The position numbers were made by a program, and so were the translations under genes. A DNA stretch of 64,000 nt from an uncultured Planctomycetota bacterium (GTDB lineage: Bacteria; Planctomycetota; Phycisphaerae; Tepidisphaerales; Tepidisphaeraceae). The stretch is taken from assembly GCA_963841915.1 (NCBI GenBank), contig CAWJEN010000005.1:64001-128000 (forward strand), in the 5' to 3' direction. The notes beneath the pieces are model-generated. The model did no database searches. It saw nothing but the letters and a program-made list of their open reading frames with translations, and was not told the DNA's origin. Below, piece by piece: positions 20,946-29,903 of the stretch (its first letter is position 1; each line of letters starts with the position of its first letter).

Positions 20946-21103
20946 GAGCCGCGGTCCCACGGGCCGCCGGTCTGAAGATGGAGTATGCACCACTGATGTG
21001 TCTTCCCGGAAAGGCACCCGGCAAAGCAGGAGCCGGTTACCTGAAGCACACAAACCTGGTGCTGTGTTGCTCGTCAGACCGGCGGTCCGTGGGACCGCGG
21101 CTC
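20946..21103. repeat. REP-like inverted doublet (30-bp arms, 1 mismatch) forming a long hairpin
   Basis: gagccgcggtcccacgggccgccggtctga ... tcagaccggcggtccgtgggaccgcggctc. Confidence 0.8.
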
Positions 21104-21138
21104 TGGGTCTTTGGTCGACAAACATGAGACGGCACAAC

Positions 21139-21177
21139 GACAAGTGCCGCACCCGAAAGGGCGCGGCACTAGTTGTC
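21139..21177 (-). terminator. Hairpin downstream of infC
   Basis: gtgccgcaccc-gaaa-gggcgcggcac. Confidence 0.6.
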
Positions 21178-21196
21178 ATCACCCGTCAACGAGCTT

Positions 21197-22081
21197 TCAG
21201 CTCGCCGCGGCAGTTTCTTCTTCGGCCGGGGCTTCCTCGGCAGCAACGTCATCGGTCGCAGCCTCGTCCGTCGGCTCGGGAGCGTTTGGAATCACCGCGT
21301 CCTCGGCGTTCCGCGGCGGGAGGCCGAATGTCGCCTTGGGCTTGGCTTCCGTCTCCTCAGCCGGCTCAGTGCTGGGCAGACGGTCGGGGAAGAGTTTCTT
21401 CTTCGGTGCCTTCGTCTCCCCAGGGGCTGCCGCGTCGACGATCGGCTTATGAGGCGCGTCGGCAATGGCGGTGCCTTTGGTGCCGACGGTAATGACCTCA
21501 CCGACATCGGGGGCACGGACCTTCTTGGCGTCCTTCGTGTCTGGCGAGAGCACCATGTTGCCGCGACGGCCCTGCATACGGAAGTCCTGCTCGACCTTGC
21601 TGATCATGAACAGCTCACGCTTGACGCTGTCCATGATGTCGCGGCCGATCTCCTGGTGGGCCATCTCGCGGCCACGGTACTGGAGCGTGACCTGGACCTT
21701 GTAGCCCTGTTCGAGAAAGCGGCGGGCGTTGTTGGTCTTGATGCCAAGGTCGTGCGGGTCGATCTTGGTGGTGCGGATCTTGACCTCTTTGAGGCCGGTG
21801 TGCCGTTGACTGGCACGCTGTTTATCCGTCTTTTTCTGCTGTTCGTACTTCCACTTGCCGTAATCGAGGATGCGGCAGACGGGGGGCCTGACGTTGGGCG
21901 CGATCTCGACGAGGTCGAGGCCGGCGTCCTGTGCCATTCGCAGGGCCTGATCGGTCGCCACGACGCCCTGCATCTCGCCTTCGGCGTCGATGAGGCGTAT
22001 CGGGCTGATTCGGATTTGTCGGTTGTGGCGGAAAAACGCGTCTTCGCGGGCGTTGTGGTTCCTCGGTCTGCGGCTTCTCAT
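21197..22081 (-). CDS. infC: Translation initiation factor IF-3 with long C-terminal extension
   Basis: IRLIDAEGE, GLDLVEIAPNVRPPVCRILDYGKWKYE, KEVKI, YRGRE. Confidence 0.93.
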   Translation of the reverse strand: MRSRRPRNHNAREDAFFRHNRQIRISPIRLIDAEGEMQGVVATDQALRMAQDAGLDLVEIAPNVRPPVCRILDYGKWKYEQQKKTDKQRASQRHTGLKEVKIRTTKIDPHDLGIKTNNARRFLEQGYKVQVTLQYRGREMAHQEIGRDIMDSVKRELFMISKVEQDFRMQGRRGNMVLSPDTKDAKKVRAPDVGEVITVGTKGTAIADAPHKPIVDAAAPGETKAPKKKLFPDRLPSTEPAEETEAKPKATFGLPPRNAEDAVIPNAPEPTDEAATDDVAAEEAPAEEETAAAS

Positions 22082-22241
22082 GCAGTGGTCTCAGGTTCGT
22101 TGAAGGTCGCCGGGGGCCGTGGCGTCTGTCATTGGTCGGCCGGCGGCGGTAGGTCGCTCGTGGGCGTGGCGGGTCCCACCGTGGGACCCGACCAGTCCAT
22201 ACTAACGTACCCGCCGCCGGACGTCTCGCACAAGGATAAAC

Positions 22242-22784
22242 ATGCACGCGTCGCCGATTCGTCAAGCTAAACACGAGCTTCGCCGTCGACTTCGGGCTGT
22301 GCCAGGTCACTGCGTCGGTGTCAGTGAGGTCGTGCTGGCGAGTGATCTTTGGGCCAAAGCGTCTGCAATCCTGCTCTTTGCACCCGACGCTTCAGAGCCT
22401 GATCTGACGCCGTTGTTCCACGTGGAACATGCTCGTCTGCACGCGCCACGGGTGTCGCAAGACGTGCTGGAGGTCGCCCAAGTCACGGCGTCGCCCGGCG
22501 GTGCAGGTTGGCGGCGGGGTCGATACGAACTCTGGGAGCCGACGGGTGATGCCGTCGATCCGACCTGCCTCGACCTCGTGATCGTGCCGGGCGTTGCCTT
22601 TGCACGTGACGGCAGACGCCTCGGGCGTGGCGGCGGGTTCTACGACCGGTTGCTCGCGTCGCTGCCGACGGTTGCGACGTGCGGCGTCTGCTGCAATGAG
22701 CGGCTGCTCGATGACCTGCCGACCGAGCCACACGACGTGCGGGTTCAGGCGGTGGCGACGCCTACCGGCTTGTGGCGGTCGTAG
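22242..22784 (+). CDS. ygfA: 5-formyltetrahydrofolate cyclo-ligase
   Basis: DLVIVPGVAF, RLGRGGGFYDRLL, LPTEPHD. Confidence 0.9.
   Translation: MHASPIRQAKHELRRRLRAVPGHCVGVSEVVLASDLWAKASAILLFAPDASEPDLTPLFHVEHARLHAPRVSQDVLEVAQVTASPGGAGWRRGRYELWEPTGDAVDPTCLDLVIVPGVAFARDGRRLGRGGGFYDRLLASLPTVATCGVCCNERLLDDLPTEPHDVRVQAVATPTGLWRS
22414..22429. promoter_or_regulatory. parS (ParB-binding) site inside ygfA
   Basis: Perfect palindrome TGTTCCACGTGGAACA. Confidence 0.85.
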
Positions 22785-23305
22785 CCGTTGACCCGCAACA
22801 GCGTGTCGTTGGCTTCCTGCGGCATGTCGCCTTGGATGACGCTGAGCGAGCCGGTCGACTCCAGCACGACGGCTGCGACGGCATGCTCGTCGCGGTGACC
22901 GGCGACACGAATGGCGGCGACGACTTCGGCTTCGGTCACGCGTTCCTGCTTTAACGCGTCGTGAAGCATCGTTCCTTGCCACAGCAGCAGGGTCGGCCGG
23001 CTTTTGACGATCTTGTCGACTGCGTCACTCCGCGAGCAGGAGAGCGCGACGAGGTACTGCACGCCGATGAGCGTGCCGAACCCCGCCAGACCATTAAGAA
23101 GCGGCACACCGGTGTTGAGGATGGTCGCCGCCAGCGTGCTGCCGAGGGCGACGGTGACGACGAAGTCGAACGCGTTCATCTTGCTCAGCGTCCGCTTGCC
23201 GCTGACGCGGAGCATCACGACGAGCCCGAGGTACGCGAATAGTCCGACCACGAACACGCGGAGCGGCCCGGTCGGCTCGCCGATGAACCATTGGCTGATT
23301 GACAT
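22745..23305 (-). CDS. DUF421/YetF family membrane protein
   Basis: RVSGKRTLSKMNAFDFVVTVALGS, VLESTGSLSV. Confidence 0.85.
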   Translation of the reverse strand: MSISQWFIGEPTGPLRVFVVGLFAYLGLVVMLRVSGKRTLSKMNAFDFVVTVALGSTLAATILNTGVPLLNGLAGFGTLIGVQYLVALSCSRSDAVDKIVKSRPTLLLWQGTMLHDALKQERVTEAEVVAAIRVAGHRDEHAVAAVVLESTGSLSVIQGDMPQEANDTLLRVNGYDRHKPVGVATA

Positions 23306-23314
23306 GTCGAGGTT

Positions 23315-23812
23315 CTACCAGCCCCACGTCCCACTTGCGCCTTTAAAGGGTCCGACGAGGTTTGGCGTCCGCCAACCGCCGTAGAAGTCGCCTTCCTGAG
23401 CGTCGACCGTCATGTCGCCGATTGTGCACTTGCTCATGCGGCCTGGGTAAAACGACCAGTGATCCCGAAGTTCCGCAAAGGCCGGGACGGGGTCTCGATA
23501 CGTCCAAGCCGCCCGCTCGGCAACGTCATTGCCGACGACCACGTCTGCGTAGGTGGCCCTGCCCTTCCATTCGCACATCGACGACCCGCTGGCCTCGCGT
23601 AGCAGGTCCAGCCGCACGTCGGCCGGCGGGATGTAGATCGTCGGTGGGTGGCTCGTTTCCAGCACCCGGTACGCGTTCATGCTGCTGGCAATCGTCTCGC
23701 CGCCGAACGCGACTGTGACGCGTTGGCTCACCCGCTGCAAAGCCGGTGGCCGGGGGTAAGCCCACACCGACTCCTGTCCGGGCCCGGGCTTGATCGGCTT
23801 GGGTCTGCTCAT
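23315..23812 (-). CDS. DUF427 family protein
   Basis: ESVWAYPRPP, VLETSHPPTIYIP, CEWKGRATY, FYGGW. Confidence 0.88.
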   Translation of the reverse strand: MSRPKPIKPGPGQESVWAYPRPPALQRVSQRVTVAFGGETIASSMNAYRVLETSHPPTIYIPPADVRLDLLREASGSSMCEWKGRATYADVVVGNDVAERAAWTYRDPVPAFAELRDHWSFYPGRMSKCTIGDMTVDAQEGDFYGGWRTPNLVGPFKGASGTWGW

Positions 23813-23869
23813 CGGCCACATTATCTGCGCTGCGCGTTGGCGGCCAAGCGGGTCCGGGGGCGGCGGGAA

Positions 23870-23885
23870 TGTTCCACGTGGAACA
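23870..23885. promoter_or_regulatory. parS site
   Basis: Perfect palindrome TGTTCCACGTGGAACA (extends to 20 bp). Confidence 0.88.
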
Positions 23886-23932
23886 TTGCGATCACCCTTT
23901 GGCCCTCGGCAGCAGGGTTTTGTTACCTCAGA

Positions 23933-23948
23933 TGTTCCACGTGGCACA
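23933..23948. promoter_or_regulatory. parS site, 1 mismatch
   Basis: TGTTCCACGTGGCACA. Confidence 0.7.
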
Positions 23949-24215
23949 CCCGCGGCGTCTTCGTGGTCGTAGCCGTGTCGTTGCTGCTACGGGTCTTGGC
24001 GTACGTGCCAGGTCCACTTTTACATCCGCCGTCACAAACGGCGGCGTGTGGGTCAGTAGCTGGTCAGGGCTTTTGCCCCGTCGCCTTGGCGGCCGCCGCG
24101 GCGCACGGGTGTGGGAGTCGCCGCCGCTGATCAACTCGCACGACATATCTGTCGATGTCCGTATCAGAGGGGGCGATCGACTTCCATCGATGCCCAAACA
24201 TTTACGCCGCTCACC

Positions 24216-25565
24216 ATGCAGACTGATTCCACCTCGCCAGCCGTTGCGACGCTCGAGTCGCTTCGCGGCTCACAACCGACGCCTGATTGGGTTAGCGAGG
24301 CCTCACCCTTCGAGCACCTCGTCGCCGCACTGGGTGAAAATGCCCGCAGTCGGGCGGTCCTCGTCCCTCCACACGGCCAGCACGAGCAGGTTGTTTGCGT
24401 CAGCACCGATGCGCTGTCGCGCAAGCTCGCCCAGCCGCACTTTGCGGACCTGCACGCCCACCGCACGGTGGCAGACGCCCTTGTCGATTGGCCGGTTCGG
24501 ACGCTTGTGCTTCAGGCCAACGACCGGATCGGCGACGTGGTCGACGCCATCAAAGGTCGCAAGGCCAGTTGGCGTTACGAGCCGGTCGTCGTGCAAGGCA
24601 CAAATGAGGACGACGACTTCTTCATCGTCGAGGTTCACGACCTGCTGGTCGCTCAGTTGAACCTGCTCCGTCGGGCGCAGCACACGCTTAACGACGCCCA
24701 CCGTGCCGCCGGTCGCGCAGAAATCGCCTGCAGCGTCCTGCACGACGTCGGCAACGCGCTCAACAGTGTCAACGTGTCGAGCCAAGTCGCCGGTGAACGC
24801 CTCGGTGGAAGCAGAAACCTCGCAAAAGAACTTATGCGGGCCGTCGCGCTACTGCGGGATGCCGAAGCGTCGAACGGCCTCGAAGCGCTTTTTGCCCCAA
24901 ACGGCCGAGGCCGCAGCTTGGCCGCGTATCTCAAGACGATCGCCGACAGCATCTCCGACACCTACAACGCCGTCGGCACCGAGGTCGCCGAGCTGTGCCA
25001 GGGGCTCGAGCACATCCAAAGCATCGTCGCCGCCCAGCAATCCTCTGCCAAGGCCGAGCAGATCTCTGCAGCCGTAGAGCCGGTCAATCCGGTAGCCCTT
25101 GTCGGTCACGCGCTTCGACTCAGCGGTGACGACCCGTCAATCACGCTCAACCTTGATCTGCCGGACGACCTGCCGTGGGTGACAACGGACGGCCATCGCG
25201 TTGTCCGCATCCTGACGAATTTCATCACCAATGCCCGCTGGGCCGTCGACGAGGGCCAAGCGACTCAACCCGAAATTACTGTGGGTGTCCGCCTTCGCGA
25301 TGATGAGCACGGGCAACGGCTCCAATTCTACGTCAGAGACAACGGCATCGGCTTCGAGAGCCAGCGCGGAAAGTCCTTGTTCGCACCAGGTTACACGACT
25401 CGCCCCGGTGGGCACGGCGTCGGGCTTCACTCGGTCGCCCTGGCGGCCGAAGAAGTGGGAGGCAGCGTGAAGGCACACAGCGACGGACCTGGCCTTGGCG
25501 CCATCTTCGAGCTGGTGGTCCCGCTTCCGGTCGTCCAGCAGGATCACCTGAAGTTCGCCGCATAA
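24216..25565 (+). CDS. Cytoplasmic sensor histidine kinase
   Basis: H-box VLHDVGNALNSV; N-box NFITNA; DNGIG; GHGVGL; no TM segment. Confidence 0.88.
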   Translation: MQTDSTSPAVATLESLRGSQPTPDWVSEASPFEHLVAALGENARSRAVLVPPHGQHEQVVCVSTDALSRKLAQPHFADLHAHRTVADALVDWPVRTLVLQANDRIGDVVDAIKGRKASWRYEPVVVQGTNEDDDFFIVEVHDLLVAQLNLLRRAQHTLNDAHRAAGRAEIACSVLHDVGNALNSVNVSSQVAGERLGGSRNLAKELMRAVALLRDAEASNGLEALFAPNGRGRSLAAYLKTIADSISDTYNAVGTEVAELCQGLEHIQSIVAAQQSSAKAEQISAAVEPVNPVALVGHALRLSGDDPSITLNLDLPDDLPWVTTDGHRVVRILTNFITNARWAVDEGQATQPEITVGVRLRDDEHGQRLQFYVRDNGIGFESQRGKSLFAPGYTTRPGGHGVGLHSVALAAEEVGGSVKAHSDGPGLGAIFELVVPLPVVQQDHLKFAA

Positions 25566-25628
25566 TCCGAATTCGAATCCGTATGACGGTCGGCCGCGAC
25601 GCGGCAGCCTGATCCCTTGCCTTCACTT

Positions 25629-27755
25629 ATGACTGCTTCTAACGAGCGCCGCGAACGTCCAGAGTCTGTCCTGGCCACTGCAAAGGTGTTGCCGGGCTTC
25701 AGGCCAAGACGGTTGCTCATCATTGATGACAACGAGGCCATCCACCGCGATTTTCGCAAAGGCCTTCTGCCCGCCAGCGACGGCGACAAGCGCGTCGACC
25801 AGCTCCGCGAGGCGGCCAGCAATTTGTTCGGGACCGACAGCGACCCGACGTGGCGGATCGGTGCTAACTTCGACATTGATCATGCGCACAGCGGCGAAAT
25901 GGGCATCGCCATGGCACAGGCTGCCCTGGATGAAGATCAACCATACGAAATGGCGTTCGTCGACGTCCGCATGCCGCCCGGCATCGACGGCATCACAACC
26001 ATCGGCAGGCTCTGGAAGATTGACGAACGACTTCAAACCTGCGTCTGCACCGCCTACAGCGACCGCGATTGGCAGGACGTGCTCGGCGAGCTCGGGCCAA
26101 GCGATCGACTGCTGATCCTTAAGAAACCGTTCGACCTGATCGAAATTCGGCAGATCGCCGTCGCCCTCAGCGAGAAATGGCGGCTAAGCCGCCTGGCAGA
26201 GCGTCAGGTCAACGAGCTGGAACTGCTGGTCCGTAGCCGCACCGCAGAATTGCAGCGCGCCCTCGTGCTCGATCGCCTGACGAGCCTGCCCAACCGCAGA
26301 ACGTTCAACGACCGACTGGCCAAGGCGATCAAGCGGCGTCGGACCGAGCCAAACTACAAGTTCGGCCTCGTCTTCCTGGGAATCGACCGGTTCAAAGTCA
26401 TCAACGACGCTGTCGGTCACGACGGCGGTGACGAGCTGCTTCGGCAGATCGGCCGCAGGCTTGACGAAGCGGTGCGTGCGACCGACACGGTCGGTGCTCT
26501 GGGCAGACGGTCCGACAATCACGGTCGCCGATCCTCCGATCCCGAAGATGCTGTGAAGCGTGCGCCGTCAAGCGGATTGTTCGCATCGAAGACGAAGCAG
26601 GCGACCGGCCACACCGCCGCCCGCATCGGTGGGGACGAGTTCGTCGTGTTGCTCGACAGCCTGACGAACGAAGACGACGGCGAGATCGTTGCCGACCGTC
26701 TGATGGACATCCTGTCGATGCCGTACCACGTCAAGGGCAAGCAGCTCGACGTGACGGTGAGCCTGGGCGTGACGAGCAGCCGGCTCAATTACGCATCGCC
26801 CGAGGAAATGTTGCGTGACGCCGACGCGGCGATGCATCGTGGCAAGAGCCTGGGTCGCGGCCGGGTGATCAGCTATAACGCCAAGATGCAGGAAGAGGCG
26901 CGTCAGCGGACGCTGGTCGAGCACGACTTGCGAGGTGCTGCCGAGCGTGGCGAGTTGCGGGTCGTCTATCAGCCGATCGTTCATGCGGCCGACGGCACGC
27001 TGGCGGGTCACGAGGCATTGATTCGCTGGCACCACCCGCAGCAGGGCTTGCTAAGCCCGGTCGCTTTCATTGCCGCCGCCGAGGAGAGTGGGCTGGTGTG
27101 TGAGCTGGGTGACTGGATGTTGCGGACAGCTGCACAGGAGTACGCCGGTTGGCTCGGCGAATCGGCGACGCCGCTGGACGTGACGATGAACGTCAACCTC
27201 AGCCGAAAGCAGCTCATCGAGACCGACCTTGTCAGCCGCGTGGCCAAGGTCATCGAGGTCAACAACCTCAAACCTGGTCAGCTCAAGCTCGAAGTGACCG
27301 AAGGCGGCGTCATGGAGAACCCGACCGACAGCGTCCGCGTGCTTCGCGAGCTCAAGGCGCTGGGCACGCGGATCGTGATCGACGATTTCGGCACGGGGTA
27401 CAGCTCGCTGGCCTGCCTGCACCAGTTCCCACTCGATTGCGTGAAGCTGGATCGATCGTTCATCCGTCAGCTCGAAACGAGCAACGACTACGCAGCGGTC
27501 ATCGAGGCGATCGTGACGCTGACGCGGGCGCTGGACATTGAACTCGTCGCCGAAGGTGTCGAGACTGCTGCCCAGTGGGGCGTGCTCCGCGACATGGGTT
27601 GCGACCTGCTGCAGGGCTACTACTTCGGCAAGCCGCTCGACCCGGCCGTTGCACGTGGGATCACGATCGCCACGCCGGGAAGAAGCTTGTGCGACGGCCT
27701 GCTGGTCGGGGACAACTACGGACCAAGCGACCTGCGACTTGTTGCAGCAGCGTAA
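25629..27755 (+). CDS. Receiver-GGDEF-EAL c-di-GMP signalling protein
   Basis: LIIDDN...FVDVRMPPGIDG...KKPF; GGDEF; HEALIRW; IDDFGTGYS; VAEGVE; QGY. Confidence 0.9.
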   Translation: MTASNERRERPESVLATAKVLPGFRPRRLLIIDDNEAIHRDFRKGLLPASDGDKRVDQLREAASNLFGTDSDPTWRIGANFDIDHAHSGEMGIAMAQAALDEDQPYEMAFVDVRMPPGIDGITTIGRLWKIDERLQTCVCTAYSDRDWQDVLGELGPSDRLLILKKPFDLIEIRQIAVALSEKWRLSRLAERQVNELELLVRSRTAELQRALVLDRLTSLPNRRTFNDRLAKAIKRRRTEPNYKFGLVFLGIDRFKVINDAVGHDGGDELLRQIGRRLDEAVRATDTVGALGRRSDNHGRRSSDPEDAVKRAPSSGLFASKTKQATGHTAARIGGDEFVVLLDSLTNEDDGEIVADRLMDILSMPYHVKGKQLDVTVSLGVTSSRLNYASPEEMLRDADAAMHRGKSLGRGRVISYNAKMQEEARQRTLVEHDLRGAAERGELRVVYQPIVHAADGTLAGHEALIRWHHPQQGLLSPVAFIAAAEESGLVCELGDWMLRTAAQEYAGWLGESATPLDVTMNVNLSRKQLIETDLVSRVAKVIEVNNLKPGQLKLEVTEGGVMENPTDSVRVLRELKALGTRIVIDDFGTGYSSLACLHQFPLDCVKLDRSFIRQLETSNDYAAVIEAIVTLTRALDIELVAEGVETAAQWGVLRDMGCDLLQGYYFGKPLDPAVARGITIATPGRSLCDGLLVGDNYGPSDLRLVAAA

Positions 27756-27891
27756 AGGCCGGAGCTTTGCTCGTGCCTGGCACGATTTGAAGCGGCCGCG
27801 TCCCTGTGGCACCTGACGAGCCGCTGCGTCTGAAAAGGAACGGCTTTAGCCGTCCGGCTATGCTGCTAAGTCGTCAGCCCGGTGCCGCCTC

Positions 27892-29679
27892 ATGCAGATC
27901 ATTAAAGGAATAGGAGTTTCGCCCGGCGTCACCGTCGCACCCGCTGTCGTGCTGGACGCTGAGGACGTGGTGATCCGCGAGCGGAACATCGACGCCGACA
28001 AGGTTGAGGCCGAAATTACGCGTGTCAGCGACGCCATCGGGCAATCACGCGAAGAGCTTGCGGCCCTGTCGGCCAAGGTCAGTGCCGAGCACGGCAAGCA
28101 AGTCGCCGGCATCTTCGACTTTCACCTCGGGCTGCTCGGTGATCGCTCGCTTGTGCGCAAGATCACCAAGGCCGTTGGTGATGACAAGCTGACGGCCGAG
28201 TATGCCGTCAGCCGGACGATGCGTGACCTCGCTCGGCAGTTCGAGCAGATGCCCGACGCCTATCTCGCCGCCCGTGCGGGCGACGTCTACGACGTTGAAA
28301 AACGCGTGCTTCGCCTGCTCATCGGGGAACGGCACGAGTCGCTGAGCAAGCTGGACCGCGATGTCGTCGTCATCGGGCCCGACCTGCTGCCGAGCCAGAC
28401 GGCGGCGCTGGACAAGAATCACGTGCTCGGCTTTGCCACCGATGCGGGCGGACGGACGAGCCACACCGCCATCGTCGCCCGGGCGATGAACATCCCGGCG
28501 GTCGTCGGCCTCGGCAACGCGACGCGTCGCCTCAACGGTGGCGACATCGTCGTCATCGACGGCACGAACGGCGTGATCGTCATCGATCCCGACGAGCAGC
28601 AACTGGCCGAATATCGTCTGCAGGCGATCAAGCGGGCGGCCCAGACGGCCGACCTCGCCCTGCTGCGCGATTTGCCGGCCGAGACGAAGGACGAACACCG
28701 CGTCGGCCTGCACGCCAACATCGAGTTTCCAGGCGAGATCAAAGACGCGCTGGAACGCGGTGCCGAGGGCATCGGGCTGTACCGCACGGAGTTCCTGTAC
28801 CTCGCCGCCGACCACGAACCGACGGAGGAAGAGCACTTTGCCGCCTACGCAGACGCGGTTCGGCGGCTCGAGGGTCGCCCGCTCGTTATCCGCACACTCG
28901 ATCTTGGTGCCGACAAGTATTCCGAAGGCTCTGCCTCGGCAGATCCTGCGACTCGCAAGACCTACGACGGCCGCCCGACCGAGCGCAACCCGTTCCTGGG
29001 TGACCGCTCGATCCGGCTTTGTCTGCACGACTTGCCGATGTTCAAGCGGCAATTGCGGGCGATCCTGCGGGCCAGCGCCGCTACGAGCAACGCCGACGTG
29101 CGGATCATGTTCCCGATGATCACGACGATCACGGAGCTGCGTCAGGCCAAGATGGTGCTGCGGGACGTGGAAGAAGAGCTCGAGGACGAGGATCTGCCGT
29201 TCAAGCGTGGCATTCCGGTCGGCATGATGATCGAGGTGCCGTCGGCGGCGTTGATGGCGTCGCAGCTTGCACGCGAGGTCGACTTCTTTTCGATCGGCAC
29301 GAACGACCTCATCCAGTACACGCTGGCCGTCGACCGAACGAACGAGCGCGTCGCCGGCTTGTTCAACCCGGCGCACCCGGCGGTGCTGAGCCTGATTCGC
29401 GGCGTGATCCGGGCGGCGCAGCGACACAACATCGGCGTCAGCGTGTGCGGGGAAATGGCCGGCGAGCCGATCTACACTCTCTTGCTCCTCGGGCTCGGGT
29501 TGAACACGTTCTCCATGAACGGACCTGACGTGCCGGAGGTCAAACGGATCATCCGTGCGACCACTAACAAGCACGCCCGAGAAGTGAGCCGGCAGGTGAT
29601 GAGCTTCGACAGTGAACGGCAAGTCACCCGCTATCTTCAGGAAGAACAGCGAAAGCTCTTTCCAGAGCAAAACGTCTGA
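27892..29679 (+). CDS. ptsI: PEP-protein phosphotransferase, PTS enzyme I
   Basis: GGRTSHTAIVAR, GLYRTEF, DFFSIGTNDLIQY, CGEMAG. Confidence 0.95.
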   Translation: MQIIKGIGVSPGVTVAPAVVLDAEDVVIRERNIDADKVEAEITRVSDAIGQSREELAALSAKVSAEHGKQVAGIFDFHLGLLGDRSLVRKITKAVGDDKLTAEYAVSRTMRDLARQFEQMPDAYLAARAGDVYDVEKRVLRLLIGERHESLSKLDRDVVVIGPDLLPSQTAALDKNHVLGFATDAGGRTSHTAIVARAMNIPAVVGLGNATRRLNGGDIVVIDGTNGVIVIDPDEQQLAEYRLQAIKRAAQTADLALLRDLPAETKDEHRVGLHANIEFPGEIKDALERGAEGIGLYRTEFLYLAADHEPTEEEHFAAYADAVRRLEGRPLVIRTLDLGADKYSEGSASADPATRKTYDGRPTERNPFLGDRSIRLCLHDLPMFKRQLRAILRASAATSNADVRIMFPMITTITELRQAKMVLRDVEEELEDEDLPFKRGIPVGMMIEVPSAALMASQLAREVDFFSIGTNDLIQYTLAVDRTNERVAGLFNPAHPAVLSLIRGVIRAAQRHNIGVSVCGEMAGEPIYTLLLLGLGLNTFSMNGPDVPEVKRIIRATTNKHAREVSRQVMSFDSERQVTRYLQEEQRKLFPEQNV

Positions 29680-29903
29680 TCGTCCGTCATTGACCGGCTT
29701 TTGCCGCGTCCAAAGCACACACCGCCGACGATCTGTCGGTGGTCCACACTCCCGTTACCCACATCAAGGGGGACGGCCAGCCCGCTCACGCGACGCGGTC
29801 GAGCACGACGGACGGCACACGCCGACCGCAACGCTCCCGCGCAGCCTGAACGTCTTTGCAGCTACCTGCAGACAACAGCGACAACGGCCGTCCCAATGCC
29901 CCT

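Noticed and set aside
20946..21103. 6S RNA (long hairpin about 1 kb from ygfA)
   Set aside because: Not directly upstream of ygfA, and the arms match a repeat found elsewhere in the window
23965..24050. Several small hairpins beside the parS sites
   Set aside because: Short GC-rich stems expected by chance; no SRP or riboswitch consensus seen
25564..25582. tRNA T-loop-like TTCGAATCC
   Set aside because: No cloverleaf; upstream sequence is kinase coding region
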